In this document: positions 1 through 11,500 of the stretch, one piece after another
Position numbering within the stretch: position 1 is the first letter of the stretch
How the letters are laid out: each line of letters begins with the position of its first letter
IMG/VR virus record: IMGVR_UViG_3300024264_000011
Coordinates: 1-64,000 of that record
Source of the DNA: a virus
Length of the DNA: 64,000 nt
Direction: 5' to 3' (one strand)
Program-made: the position numbers and the translations under genes
Notes under the pieces: generated by a model
The model's database searches: none
What the model saw: the letters and a program-made list of their open reading frames with translations, nothing else
What the model was told of the DNA's origin: nothing

Positions 1-457
1 CAGTAGTTACTGTTAAATCAACTAATCCTTGACTAGCATTAAAACTGGTAGATCCTCCAGTTACAGTTGCCGTGCTCCAAAGATTATTGTCGGCAAATCT
101 GTGTGAAGAATCAAATAAAGTTAATGGTATAGATACTCGGTTTCTTCCAAAAGCATCAGTATTTCCTTGAGTGACTATTCCAGCAACAGGAAGGGGATTT
201 GATGCTGTGTATTCATTATCATTTTCATCAAATATATGAGCATGAGTTGGTATTGGATTACCTTCTTCGTTTGAAATTTCTACAGTAGTTCCAATATTTA
301 CATCACCAGTAATGGTAACATTTTCGGAACCAAGAGTAACATGAAGTGGGTTGTTTTCATCACAAACTGTGCCATCTTTATTGGCAAGCATCATCACTTC
401 AAAAAGTGATTTACTTTGTCCGTTTAATTCTTGAGCAACTTTATTAAACTGTGCCAT
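1..457 (-). CDS. Conserved cyanophage virion structural protein, N-terminal part (runs off window start)
   Basis: Hand-translated, not in ORF track: ATG at 457, MAQFNKVAQELNGQSKSLFEVMML...TDAFGRNRVSIPLTLFDSSHRFADNNLW; open to position 1. The DAFGRxRVSxPxTLFDS motif is typical of the cyanomyovirus gene found between gp16 and gp17. Confidence 0.7.
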   Translation of the reverse strand, partial: MAQFNKVAQELNGQSKSLFEVMMLANKDGTVCDENNPLHVTLGSENVTITGDVNIGTTVEISNEEGNPIPTHAHIFDENDNEYTASNPLPVAGIVTQGNTDAFGRNRVSIPLTLFDSSHRFADNNLWSTATVTGGSTSFNASQGLVDLTVTT

Positions 458-461
458 TTTA

Positions 462-719
462 TTATCCTGTTATTGGAGTATTGTCTTTGTCATGTCTCTG
501 GTAAACAGATGGTGTTCTGGTGGTGTTATCAGAATTTCTTGCTTGATATGCAGCTGGTGTTCTAGTTGTGTTATCAGAATTTCTTGCTTGATAGTCTGCG
601 TTCCAATTTTTATAATCTATTTGAGTCCACCCTTCATCTCCATCAAATACAGAAATATCAATAGCTGATGGTTGTGGATCTACCTGAACATTATCTTTAT
701 CGTATCTAATATATGACAT
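462..719 (-). CDS. Small hypothetical protein with internal 15-aa repeat
   Basis: Likely start MSYIRYD at 719, in TGATG overlap with the upstream stop; YQARNSDNTTRTP repeated. Confidence 0.7.
   Translation of the reverse strand: MSYIRYDKDNVQVDPQPSAIDISVFDGDEGWTQIDYKNWNADYQARNSDNTTRTPAAYQARNSDNTTRTPSVYQRHDKDNTPITG
466..600 (-). repeat. 45-bp tandem repeat (2 good copies + 1 degenerate)
   Basis: ggtgttct..gtgttatcagaatttcttgcttgata at 511 and 556. Confidence 0.85.
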
Positions 720-1144
720 CAGCAGTTCCACGCTCTAAGAGATTTATTGATTCTGCTATCTGGATCTTTAGCAGTTTTCTTAGATGTTAGTTTCTTTTTC
801 ATACCTTTCATTCTAGCGCAAAAGGATGCGCGACGGGGATTTCCAACCTTCTTGCTTGGTGTCTTAAGGTCAGATCCTGGATTTTCTCTTTCGTAAGATT
901 TTCGTCCCTTTTCATTGAGACCTCCTTCTTTGTTTTTGCCTGACTTTTTTGTCCAGGCTGCTTCTGTGGTGAGTTCAAAACTTTCTTTGGCAGTCCTCGC
1001 CGCCTTTTGAAAAGCATCCTTAGCGGGGTAGTCCTTACTACCTGACTTCGCTGGTGCTTCTCCTCTCTTTCGTTTAGCGTGGATATTTGCGTAGAGACCG
1101 CGCTTTGCTTCACAGAGTTCTTTAAATTCTTTATAATCTCGCAT
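719..1144 (-). CDS. Basic conserved phage protein (DUF6321-like)
   Basis: AWTKKSGKNKEGGLNEKGR...RRASFCARMKGM...DSRINKSLRAWNC motif. Confidence 0.7.
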   Translation of the reverse strand: MRDYKEFKELCEAKRGLYANIHAKRKRGEAPAKSGSKDYPAKDAFQKAARTAKESFELTTEAAWTKKSGKNKEGGLNEKGRKSYERENPGSDLKTPSKKVGNPRRASFCARMKGMKKKLTSKKTAKDPDSRINKSLRAWNC

Positions 1145-1170
1145 GACAACCGACGAGGGTTTTTACTAAT

Positions 1171-1578
1171 CTATTTATCTGAATTCATCTGTTTTAACAT
1201 TTTTTGAAGTTCAGATGTACTACCAACAAACATTGCATTGGTAACATTTGTAGGACCAGTTTTTTTCTCCTCTGAAATGTCCTTCATTTTTTTCTGTAGG
1301 TCAATTAACTTATCTGATATGTCCGCAACGTTCTTAATGAGGTTGCCAGCGACCTCATACGCTCTTGGATGATCAGAGCTGGCCGCAACATCCAAGATAC
1401 CTTTTATGGCTTGTTGACCGTCTTCAATCAAATCATACAATTTTTCTCTGGTATATTCATAATCGTTAGACAAATCGTCTGTCGATATTTTTTTTATTTC
1501 CGATGTTGTATCTTCTGCCTTCTCTATCGCAGATTCGATATTAAAAGCTTTGTCTAGATTTTCAAATGGTTCTGACAT
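1171..1578 (-). CDS. gp16: Terminase small subunit
   Basis: DYEYTREKLYDLIEDGQQAI...HPRAYEVAGNLIKNVAD...FVGSTSELQKML; follows gp15; likely start MSEPFENL at 1578. Confidence 0.92.
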   Translation of the reverse strand: MSEPFENLDKAFNIESAIEKAEDTTSEIKKISTDDLSNDYEYTREKLYDLIEDGQQAIKGILDVAASSDHPRAYEVAGNLIKNVADISDKLIDLQKKMKDISEEKKTGPTNVTNAMFVGSTSELQKMLKQMNSDK

Positions 1579-1579
1579 A

Positions 1580-2644
1580 TCAATATTCTGTCCAAGTTTC
1601 ATTAAATCCGAAGTTGTCATCTTCCTCCACAAAGTTATCATCCAAAGAATTAATCACTGAGAACTTGTGAGAACCACCAGTACCAGGAGAAATGATATCT
1701 AAAGAGTAACCCCTTGTAGAATTATACTTAGTTGTAGCAAGTCTGAAGTTATCATTATCAATCTTAATGATATAATACTCTTGAAGATCCGTTAATCCTC
1801 CGATTGGTGTACCATTAGCATCTGATCTATAAGTAACAAAATCATTAGTTACAAATCCATGATTTGCTAATGTGATAGTATTACTATTTACATTAATAGC
1901 TGTACCAGAAATCAGTTCTCCGTCATTGTTATAATCTTGTAACGCCTTAGGAGTTGCACTGTACCTTACATATCTAGCTCCAGTTTCAATAGCAGCACCA
2001 ATATCAACGTTAACAGTTTTGATAACGTCTTGAGTTGTAACAGGACCGTATAGATATGTCTTTGCAGTGAATGTTAGTGTATGGATTAACGCCCTTCTAG
2101 TTCTAAAATCTCCTTCATAATCATCTTGAATTCCTACACTGTTTAATACAATAGGAATATCTTTTTTCTCACTAGTCTGACTTATTAAATTTATTGTGAT
2201 ACTAAACGATGGTTGAAAGTATGGAAGAATCTGTTCTAGAATTTGAACAGAATCATCGTTGTTTTTACTAATAATACTTAATTCAAACTCCAAATTATAT
2301 GGAACTGGACTATATTGAGTATAAACTTTTTTAGTATCATCACCAACAGGAGTCTTGCATATATTAACAGGACTCATTTTTCTGCTAGGGTCATATGTAA
2401 TGCCCTTTACCTCAAAAGACATTCTTGGTAGTTGAATCTGAACCTCAGATCTACCATCTAGAGATGGTTCAGCTTCAATTCTAGTTAAGAACTTTTCTCT
2501 TGGTCCATACGACAATGGAACTTTTTGTGTATTTACAATATTACCATCCCTGTCGGATCTCCTTAATTCAACATTGTTGAATAGAGTACCAAAACCAACG
2601 ATAGTCTTTCTTATAATTTCGTGATAAAAATGTGTTCCTAGCAT
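1580..2644 (-). CDS. gp15: Tail sheath stabilizer/terminator with C-terminal inserted domain
   Basis: MLGTHFYHEIIRKTIVGFGTLFN...VPLSYGPREKFL...QILEQILPYFQP; ends DDNFGFNE. Confidence 0.95.
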   Translation of the reverse strand: MLGTHFYHEIIRKTIVGFGTLFNNVELRRSDRDGNIVNTQKVPLSYGPREKFLTRIEAEPSLDGRSEVQIQLPRMSFEVKGITYDPSRKMSPVNICKTPVGDDTKKVYTQYSPVPYNLEFELSIISKNNDDSVQILEQILPYFQPSFSITINLISQTSEKKDIPIVLNSVGIQDDYEGDFRTRRALIHTLTFTAKTYLYGPVTTQDVIKTVNVDIGAAIETGARYVRYSATPKALQDYNNDGELISGTAINVNSNTITLANHGFVTNDFVTYRSDANGTPIGGLTDLQEYYIIKIDNDNFRLATTKYNSTRGYSLDIISPGTGGSHKFSVINSLDDNFVEEDDNFGFNETWTEY

Positions 2645-3978
2645 TAGAATACTCCCATGTCTCCATATTCACCGAAGGGATTAGTTTCAGTCCAATCAAT
2701 GATTGAATCTGCTTCTGTTTCAATATCTAGGCTATCAGAAAGTGGATCATTTTGTTGCTGAATTGTACTAAATTCATTGACTACCCACTCTGCACCACTA
2801 GACAATCCTCTCAGGGTTTCATTATCAGTAAATGTTCCGTTGATATTTATCAATTCAATTTGTCTATTTGAATAGTCAAATCTTATGACTTTACCCTGTG
2901 GTTCTGCGGGGGATGGTGATATCAATATTTCTGGAGCAGAAGTGTAACCACTACCAGCATCTGTTATAGTTACTCCAGACACTACACCATTTGTTAACGT
3001 AGCAGCTGCTGTTGCTTGTGTCCCACCAGAAGGTGGTGCAGAAATAGTAACTGTTGGGGTTGTAGTGTAACCACTACCTGATTTGTATATATTAGTATTT
3101 GATAATTCGCCATTATTCAAAATACCAATAACTTTAGCAGTTTTAGATGTACCAGAAACAGTCTCCTGAACTTCAAAGTTTTTATTGTTTGCCAATACTA
3201 TAGTAGCTGTAGCACCATTTCCAGTACCAGATATGAAAACATTGGAAGTAGTTTCAAAACCAATACCAGGTTCTATAACTGTAATATCTGAGATAACACC
3301 AGCAGTTGTAACTGCTGGTTTAATAACTGAACCAGAACCAGGAGTACTTACAGTTGTTGTTGTTGTTGCACCATATCCAGTACCTCCATTAGTTACAACC
3401 ACATCCGATAAACCACCCCTTTGTAAGTCGAAAGTGAGCGAATATCCAACTTCAGCAGGTATGAGATCAATTTCATCAATTTTAGTTTCAAGTCTTTCGT
3501 CACTAAATTCCATGAGTTCACATACCATCTGATAAGTTGGTAAATCACCCAACTGTCTCAGTGGTATTTCATTCTCTACAAACTTTATCTGAAATAACTG
3601 TTTAGTTAAGGGGAAGTAAATTGCATCTCCTTCATTTGGTCTTTCATCGCTAACTAAGTTAGAGGAAGAAGAAACCAAGTCATCCCATCTCCTTCTAGAG
3701 ACTACAAAAGTTGCTTCTTCTGCAATTCTAATTCCAAACTTAGTTAGTAATGTGCCATCACCTTCAAAACCTTCATAGTTTAACAAATAAACTTCAATTA
3801 AATAATTTTCATCAAATACAGAAACTGTATCTTCATTGAAAATTTGATCTCTATTTACAATTTCTCTAGGTAGATAATAGACATCATGTCCATAAATTTT
3901 TATAGACTCAATGATTAAATCTTCTACAAGTCTCTGTTCGGAGAATGTTCCGTGTGTAAAATAAACGTTTTTAGCCAT
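2644..3978 (-). CDS. gp14: Neck protein with G/T-rich insertion
   Basis: EQRLVEDLIIESIKIYGHDVYYLPRE...RPNEGDAIYFP...DWTETNPFG. Confidence 0.95.
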   Translation of the reverse strand: MAKNVYFTHGTFSEQRLVEDLIIESIKIYGHDVYYLPREIVNRDQIFNEDTVSVFDENYLIEVYLLNYEGFEGDGTLLTKFGIRIAEEATFVVSRRRWDDLVSSSSNLVSDERPNEGDAIYFPLTKQLFQIKFVENEIPLRQLGDLPTYQMVCELMEFSDERLETKIDEIDLIPAEVGYSLTFDLQRGGLSDVVVTNGGTGYGATTTTTVSTPGSGSVIKPAVTTAGVISDITVIEPGIGFETTSNVFISGTGNGATATIVLANNKNFEVQETVSGTSKTAKVIGILNNGELSNTNIYKSGSGYTTTPTVTISAPPSGGTQATAAATLTNGVVSGVTITDAGSGYTSAPEILISPSPAEPQGKVIRFDYSNRQIELININGTFTDNETLRGLSSGAEWVVNEFSTIQQQNDPLSDSLDIETEADSIIDWTETNPFGEYGDMGVF

Positions 3979-3979
3979 G

Positions 3980-4807
3980 TCATCCTACAAAATCAAGAGG
4001 TGGAAGTTCGTATGTACTCAGCATTTTACCTTCGAGTTTTTCCAACTCAGCAGCTGCATCATCATAAAGTTGTCGTCCATTAAATTCAACTCCCCCCGGC
4101 ATTTTAATGCCAGAAAATTTAATTAAATTTTGACCCCATTGTTTTTTAATTAATGATGTTAGATATTCTTTTACAAATCTTTCATTATAGAGTTTAGTAA
4201 AAGTTACTGGATCTAATGCTCTATAACAATCAATTACAATATATTCATTTACATAAATTCTACTCCAGTCAATATCCAAATATAATCTATTTTGTACTTT
4301 ATTATACCTAATAGGTTTTTGACCTTCAAGCAAAAACTCCAATGTCTGGATATGCTGCATAGTCATCTCTAAAGTTAAGATGTCATATGAGTTAAAATTA
4401 TAAAAATCATTTAAAAAGAATTGATATCTAAATCCAAACATGTTTCCAACATATGTGTTGGAAATTGGTAGAACACCTTGGACACCAATAATATGATCTG
4501 GTACGGTCAAATACCCTCTACCCTCATCAAAATCTAAAGTTCTAGAAGCAGGAGTGTCACCAGCATTAGTGTCGGTTTTTTGAGTAGTTACATTTCTACC
4601 CCTACCAGTATCAATATCATCTTGAGTAATTTTATACTTTAAGTATACACGCTCAACTCCATCATAAACCCTTTCATTAAAAAGTTGAATAGTATCGTCG
4701 ATAAGATCTTCTATTTGATCATCATCGACGTTAACTTCGACAACTGGTTTACCAAGTTTACGTAAACAATATTCTTTAAGTTGAGACCTGCTGCTTGGTT
4801 TTGCCAT
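3980..4807 (-). CDS. gp13: Neck protein
   Basis: LKEYCLRKLGKPVVEVNVDDDQIEDLID...KKQWGQNLIKF...PGGVEFNG...PPLDFVG. Confidence 0.95.
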   Translation of the reverse strand: MAKPSSRSQLKEYCLRKLGKPVVEVNVDDDQIEDLIDDTIQLFNERVYDGVERVYLKYKITQDDIDTGRGRNVTTQKTDTNAGDTPASRTLDFDEGRGYLTVPDHIIGVQGVLPISNTYVGNMFGFRYQFFLNDFYNFNSYDILTLEMTMQHIQTLEFLLEGQKPIRYNKVQNRLYLDIDWSRIYVNEYIVIDCYRALDPVTFTKLYNERFVKEYLTSLIKKQWGQNLIKFSGIKMPGGVEFNGRQLYDDAAAELEKLEGKMLSTYELPPLDFVG

Positions 4808-5000
4808 TATTTCGTCTTAAGGGTTTAGTTTCTTCATCACCAAAAGTCCCACCATCATTTTTTTCACCAGCTTCCTGAATTTGTGCCAAAACAGAATTAA
4901 GGTATGTTACCTTAGATTCCAGCATTATATTTTGTTGAGTCAGCTGATTAATCTTATTACTCATGGTTTGCATTAATATATTCGCTTCATCAGGATTCAT
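4776..5000 (-). CDS. Small coiled-coil hypothetical protein
   Basis: KINQLTQQNIMLESKVTYL; typical gene upstream of gp13 in cyanomyoviruses. Confidence 0.65.
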   Translation of the reverse strand: MNPDEANILMQTMSNKINQLTQQNIMLESKVTYLNSVLAQIQEAGEKNDGGTFGDEETKPLRRNNGKTKQQVST

Positions 5001-5026
5001 AATTACCTCATTGTTTTAATTATTTA

Positions 5027-7750
5027 TCAGTAAGAACCACCATCGATTGTTGTTGACCAAACAGGAACTCCATTTGAGTCAACAGTCAGGATTTGATTTG
5101 ATGTTGTAACATCAGAAGTACCAGCAGCAACTGTTGTAGTTAATCTTTGATATGCATCAAAGTATGGTACACCATTTTCAATACCAATTTCTAGTTTAGT
5201 AGTATTGAAGTATGCACTACCAACAGTTCCAGAGAACACATTACCAGTAGTAGTTGCATCTGGAATATATGTAAAGTAGTAAGTTGTGTCAACTCCTTCT
5301 GAAACTGCAGTTTGATCGTAACCAAAGAAACCAGTTTTAGCACTACCATTGTAGTAACCAAACTGAACACCACGATCCATGCTGTCATCAGCACCTCTTA
5401 CAATAGAAAGTTCTACTTCAGCAGGAACAATACCATTTAGAGGTTGGTTGATTGTAATCTCTTTTGATGCAGTATCAATAGCACTAATTGTACTATTAGC
5501 TTGAATATTGGCGTGACCAGTTACATCATCTCCAACATATAGACCATCAACACTATCAACAGTTAACACACCATTTGATGAACTGGTAGTAATACCGTTT
5601 ACATCAACAGTAATGTCTGTTGCGCCACCAAAGTTAGTGCTTGCAGAGAGAGTTAAAGTTTCATCATTTAAGTAGTTAGCACCACCATCATCCAGTACAA
5701 TCGTTGCATCACCATTTTCATCTACAGTAACAGTAAACGTAGCACCAGTACCAGAACCACCAGTTGCAACGATTTGATATGAACCATCCGTTCTGTCATT
5801 TGGAGATGGCGCTGTAGTACCAGTTGCATTATCAAATCCTAAGACCTGACCAGCTGGAGGTGATGCAACAGTTGTAGTTGCAGTAGAGGAAGCATCACCA
5901 ACAGCAATAACTGGATCATTGATTGTCATTACTGTAGAATCTACAGTAGTTGTAGTACCAGTGACTGTGAAGTTACCTCTTACAACAACATCACCACCCT
6001 GATCACCAGCAACTGGGTATGGGTCAATTACGATAGTACCTGCATTTGACTCACTGTATAAAGTATTACCTTTAATTAGTAAATCACCAAAGTCAATAGT
6101 GGTGGAAGCAGTACCAATATTTAAATTAGTTGTAGCTGCAAAAGCAGTGATTGTTGTAGGACTATCAAGTAAAGAGAATGTTGTAGAAGTTGAATCTAAA
6201 GTAGTACCAGCGATATCGACATCAATACCAATATCTAAATTGTTTCTGATAACGGTAGTACCAGTGGTTGCAGCCATTATAATGGTATCTGCATCACTAC
6301 CAAAATTTACAATTGTCGCATTTGCATTAAGTAAATTAAATGTTGTTGCGGTAGTACTAAGATCACCACCATCAACATTCAAATCGTTATCAATTTGTAC
6401 ATTACCTGTACCGAATGTAGATAGTACAGCACCTTCAGAAGTATCAATCTTAAATACAGTTTCTGCACTATTAGCATTATCAGTATCTACAAAGTGTATC
6501 TTATACGCTTCGGTAGCATTATCTAAAGTTTGAATATGAGTTTTAGTTAAATTATTACCAATATCAATTTGCTCTGCAGCATCAGCAGTACTAATCTTTA
6601 AATATTGATTAGTTCCTTCTAGAACTGTTAATGCACCAGTTTGATTATCTTCTACATTTACTTCTAAAACTGATAGAGTGTTACCTAGGGTAACCTTTTC
6701 GGAACCATCAGTTGTTGCAACATGAATGTAATTGTTAGCACCTTCAGATACCTTAAATGCATCTGCTTTATTGTCAGCAACAACTGTTGATATTTGACTT
6801 AAATTATTACCAAAAGTGATTTGTTCAGAAGCATTCGTAGTATCTACTAACAAATAGTTATTAGTAGATTCTTTTAATACAAAAGCAGTGGAATCATTAT
6901 CTTCTACTACAACTGCAACTCTAGTTAAATTATTACCAAGTGTTGTTGTCTCATCATCATTTGTGGTATCAATTTTTAAATAACTATCAGCACCCTGTTG
7001 AATGTCTAGTGCGCCAGCAGTGTTATCTATTAAGTTTAAATTTGTAGCAACTGATGTGAAGTTTACATCTCCACCATTAACAGTTAAATCACCTGAAATT
7101 GTTAAATCTGTAGGGGTTCCGACAGATCCAACGTTAAATGATCCACCTACATATAAATCACCACCAATACCAACACCACCAGTTACTGTTAATGCGCCAT
7201 TAGTTGAATCTGTTGATGCTGTACTATCGCTAATTGCGATCTGGACTCCATTAGTATATTCCCAATCAGCACCTTCTACCTTTACCTTATCATTGGTAGT
7301 TTCGTCGTATTTAATTTTAGCGTCTTTATCACTACCAAAAGTTAAATATGTATCATCTACAACTATTACTTCACCTGTACCATTAGGATCAAAAAGAATA
7401 TCACCATCGGTATTTGTAGAAGATAGTGTATTTAAATCTAAAGTAAGGTTATCTACATTTAAGATATTTAACTTACTATCTGAGTCTGTAATTAGAGCAC
7501 TGTTTGCGTTTAATTGACCGTGTTGGTGATCTAATAAATCAGTAAAATACTTACCGCCGATAACTTCTAGGTTTGCAGCAACACCTGCACTTTCTGTTCC
7601 AGTACCTAAGTATAACTTACCGTGAGAGGTAACTGTACCTCCTGCTTGATCTGCATACGTACTAGTACCCCAAGAATAACCCAATTCACCCTGGGCTAGA
7701 CTTGGAGTATTAGTCGTACTAGACCTTTTAATTTTGATTATAGTTGACAT
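5027..7750 (-). CDS. Fibre-like virion protein (Mtd-N-like N-terminus)
   Basis: IKIKRSS...LAQGELGY N-terminus, beta-rich repeats, ends TTIDGGSY; lies in the wac/fibritin position upstream of gp13. Confidence 0.75.
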   Translation of the reverse strand: MSTIIKIKRSSTTNTPSLAQGELGYSWGTSTYADQAGGTVTSHGKLYLGTGTESAGVAANLEVIGGKYFTDLLDHQHGQLNANSALITDSDSKLNILNVDNLTLDLNTLSSTNTDGDILFDPNGTGEVIVVDDTYLTFGSDKDAKIKYDETTNDKVKVEGADWEYTNGVQIAISDSTASTDSTNGALTVTGGVGIGGDLYVGGSFNVGSVGTPTDLTISGDLTVNGGDVNFTSVATNLNLIDNTAGALDIQQGADSYLKIDTTNDDETTTLGNNLTRVAVVVEDNDSTAFVLKESTNNYLLVDTTNASEQITFGNNLSQISTVVADNKADAFKVSEGANNYIHVATTDGSEKVTLGNTLSVLEVNVEDNQTGALTVLEGTNQYLKISTADAAEQIDIGNNLTKTHIQTLDNATEAYKIHFVDTDNANSAETVFKIDTSEGAVLSTFGTGNVQIDNDLNVDGGDLSTTATTFNLLNANATIVNFGSDADTIIMAATTGTTVIRNNLDIGIDVDIAGTTLDSTSTTFSLLDSPTTITAFAATTNLNIGTASTTIDFGDLLIKGNTLYSESNAGTIVIDPYPVAGDQGGDVVVRGNFTVTGTTTTVDSTVMTINDPVIAVGDASSTATTTVASPPAGQVLGFDNATGTTAPSPNDRTDGSYQIVATGGSGTGATFTVTVDENGDATIVLDDGGANYLNDETLTLSASTNFGGATDITVDVNGITTSSSNGVLTVDSVDGLYVGDDVTGHANIQANSTISAIDTASKEITINQPLNGIVPAEVELSIVRGADDSMDRGVQFGYYNGSAKTGFFGYDQTAVSEGVDTTYYFTYIPDATTTGNVFSGTVGSAYFNTTKLEIGIENGVPYFDAYQRLTTTVAAGTSDVTTSNQILTVDSNGVPVWSTTIDGGSY

Positions 7751-7768
7751 GGGTGTTTTCCTTGAGAA

Positions 7769-7984
7769 TTAGTATGAACCACAGTTTATGGTAATACCAC
7801 GGTCAATTATATTAGTTGAAGTCCAAGAACCAGTGGCAGTATCATATTGTAACAACGCCGCATCAGGTACGCCCCCATCAGGGATAGAAACGTCCGTTAG
7901 CTTACTCAAAGAATTTACATTGCCAGAACTAACAGTAATTACTTTAGGCGTGTTTGCTACAGTGACTTTTACATTATTTATCAT
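7769..7984 (-). CDS. Small virion protein
   Basis: LSKLTDVS...LLQYDTATGSW...INCGSY. Confidence 0.65.
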   Translation of the reverse strand: MINNVKVTVANTPKVITVSSGNVNSLSKLTDVSIPDGGVPDAALLQYDTATGSWTSTNIIDRGITINCGSY

Positions 7985-8307
7985 ATCGTGACTCCTGGAT
8001 TAATTGTTACTATTCCTTCCAGAACTCTAGTTCTTTTTCCATCACCTGCAGTGATAACTACATCATATAAGTATCTACCTTGTTCTAGAGAAGAAGTTTG
8101 GGATGATGATAAAGACAACTGAACAATGCCACTCGCAAGTGCAGTTGCTGTAAAATCTGTAGAAGTAGCACTATAATAGGATTTTTTAATTTTAGCATCA
8201 GCAGTGTAGCCAGTCAAATCCCAGGACTGGTTTACACCATCATATACCTGGATATTGGCATCAAATGATGCTCCCTGGTCTACATATAGATTGTGAACTG
8301 CTGCCAT
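7981..8307 (-). CDS. Conserved Ig-like virion protein
   Basis: NLYVDQGASF...DLTGYTADAKIKKSY...GRYLYDVVIT...RVLEGIVTINPGVT. Confidence 0.75.
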   Translation of the reverse strand: MAAVHNLYVDQGASFDANIQVYDGVNQSWDLTGYTADAKIKKSYYSATSTDFTATALASGIVQLSLSSSQTSSLEQGRYLYDVVITAGDGKRTRVLEGIVTINPGVTI

Positions 8308-8330
8308 TTTACTTCAATTCCTCTAAGTAT

Positions 8331-8558
8331 TTATGTTTTATTGTTGGACAAATTAATTAACAAATTTTTTATTTCATTAATTTCTTGCTTTAGATTAGAC
8401 AAATCTTTCTCAATGTTATTCATTTTATATCTTTCGTTTTGTTTCATCTTCGCAAGTTTCATGTAATTATCATAATCACTTTGACTTGTGTTTATAATAG
8501 CACCAGAACTTGAATCTCTATTCAGTTCTGGGTGCCCTTCAACTTTTATCTTTTTCAT
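8331..8558 (-). CDS. Conserved small cyanophage protein (coiled coil)
   Basis: MKKIKVEGHPELNRDSSSGAIINT...LKQEINEIKNLL; start at 8558. Confidence 0.75.
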   Translation of the reverse strand: MKKIKVEGHPELNRDSSSGAIINTSQSDYDNYMKLAKMKQNERYKMNNIEKDLSNLKQEINEIKNLLINLSNNKT

Positions 8559-8559
8559 A

Positions 8560-11500
8560 TCATAAAGCGAGAGCAATTGCTCTGAAGTTTCTAATTTTTG
8601 GAGGTTCACTTTGATCATTTCCAGTCATTACTAATTTGATGGAAAACTCTTGGAATTCCTCAAGACCTTTGATATCAAAATCAAAGGCTCTGAATTGATT
8701 TTTATTATCAGAAACTGGATTATTCGTGACAGGAACTTCAATATAGTTCATATCATCAAATTCTCCAGAAGAAGAATCATATTTAATTTTAGCAAATACT
8801 TTAAGTTCTACACTAGGCATTCTGATTGCATCAAATAATACTTTGATGGATGTTGATGCAGTCTCCAAAATGACTCTCTTTGTTATATAAGAAGAATGTT
8901 TTCCTCCGAATGGAGTCAATTCACTACTGATGTCTAAATCACCATCATCGTCAACCACTTTATTTAATCTATTGGAAATGGTAACTATAGAAGAACCAGT
9001 AACGTCAACTACAGGACTTACTCTGTCAATAGGAGTAGACATTGTAATGTAAGTTTTCAACGTCGAAGTTTGAGAATTCTGGAATGCTTTTCTATTTGGT
9101 TCTGATAAAACTAACTTTGGTTCATTCATTACATTTTCAATTCCATTTTCAATGTTTTCTGCTGGTCTTGATAAGAATGATTTTTGTTTATCATTTCCGA
9201 TACTAGTTCCGCTAGTGGATACCAAAGAAATTGCTTTTGTTGATTCTACTGGAGTGAAAAGATTAATGAATGGTTCAATGCTTTCATATTGAATATTTCT
9301 TGTTGCAGTTGCAACAGTACCACCAGTTTGTTTAGTAGAATTAGCAGCAGAAGTCACAGTAATTTCATATTCATCCATACTAATGATATTCGTAATTATA
9401 TGTTCTGTATTAATTTCATTTGATGGTATGCCATTTATATTGAAGCATCTAACTACAGATCCCGCATCATGAGCAGTTGCTGTAGTTCCTAATTCGCCTC
9501 TATTAATACCAGATAATTGTCCATTATTAGTTACTCCAATATAAGAAATAATTTCATCATCTATCTTAATAAATCCTTTGTTGGCACCAGAAACTGACGC
9601 ATTACTTACATTATTCCACCCCTCAATAGAAGATAAATCAAATCCAGTATTAGTTCCAGATATGTCCAACATCAGAATATTTGAAACACTATTTGAACTT
9701 AAAGCAGTACTTATAGTGGCATTAGTAGTATCCGATGCAATTAAATTAATCGCTACTTTGTTCCCAGACTGATGCATACCATGATTAGGCTGGAAAACCT
9801 TAATAACAGAAGATCCTTCTGTAAATGTTAATGGATTCTTTGGTAATTTTTGTGGTTCTAGTGGTTTGTTTTCAAGTACGCATGTATATGTAGTATTAGT
9901 ATCAAATTGTGCTCTATTTAAAGTAAATTTAATATCCTCAAATTGGTCAGGCGTCCAAATACTTTGGTTGGATGACTTATACAATACACCAACAAATGGT
10001 TGTTTATCAATAAACAAACCAGTAGTAACATCTTCTTCACCTAATCTAGAAACCCACATATTATACTTATCAGTAACTGTTCTAACAATGAAAGCATAAT
10101 CATTGTTAGGTGATAAGTATAGAGGATTTGGGAATGTAAATCTAGTTGCTGCAGTTGCATCATTTGATAGTTTGACATCCGCAGATTCAACTGTTACCAC
10201 AGAACCAGGTAAAATTTGACCAGAAATTGCGCCATTCTCTACAGTTCTAATATCAATAGTAACTGGAGCAGAAGGGTCCTTTGTCAAGAAATATAAATCA
10301 ATAGAAGTTGCAAAAACGCCACTAATTTGACTTACAAAGAAAGATTGTGCAATAGGATCGTGGCGACCTGGTGGTGGAGGTGGGTTAGGAATAAATCTTA
10401 CTTTTTCATCCGTAATTGTAGTAGCAGTTAACTCTGGTGCTTCTAAAGTAGTAATGCTGGATGTTACTGTTAATTCAGTTCCTTGTGAATAATACGAAGA
10501 AGTCGCATATGTATCAGTAAGTCCTTTAATCTGAGTATTTTGATCCTGACTGGAGAGATTGAATTGCATCTCTCCAGTTTCATATTGTAGAGGTGGAATC
10601 AAAACAAAAGCATTAACTACACCATTTTCATTTGAAATAATATCTGTGTTATTAACTTGAGCATATGCATTAGAAGTAACACCAGTTATAAAGAACTTAG
10701 ATCCTAATTGTGTTGGATTAATGTCACTACCTGCTAGAGTACGGATGTCGTCAATACCAAGTTTCAGGTGACCTGATAGATAATTACCATTAGCAAAATC
10801 ACTACTAACTTCCTGAGAATAGTTTGTAGCAGCAACAACAGTAGCAACCAATGGCAATGGTATCATTTGTATGGTAACTTCATCGCCTTCATACATTGGA
10901 TATATGTAAACAGTTTCACCAACTGCAAAAGTTCCGTTTCTAGTAGATGATTCTAAACTCAATAACTTTGGATAAATAATGTTACCAGAATCAGTATCAT
11001 TAATGTAAAAGTACATTTTTGTGGATGGTTTCAGACTCGAAACACCCATCGTCACAACTCTAGATCGGCTATATCTCAAGTCTTGGATATCTTGAATAGT
11101 ATCACCAGATTCAATTTCAAAGTTAAGACTTCCGACATCATATTGAACACCTTCCCTAATATCTGTAATAGTTCTTCCACCACCACCAAAAACAGTTCCA
11201 CCGGCACCTAGTTGCCAGTCGTCCCAAATTTGACCAGTTGGAAGAACCAAATCAAACAGTGCTGTATATGCATCAACTAAATTAATACTTTGATTTTCAA
11301 CAATTGTTCTGTCGGTATCATACCAAATATCTTTCTGTGGGAATAATGACATGTTACCCACCCAAGAGAATACCTCATATGGAAACAAGTTTTCTACCCT
11401 ACTAGCATAAGGTTGTTCTGCATATGGAATTTCCGTATATGGAATAGTAACATAAGTAGAAGCTAAATTAGCGTCACTAAGGTCATCATTATATTGGAGG

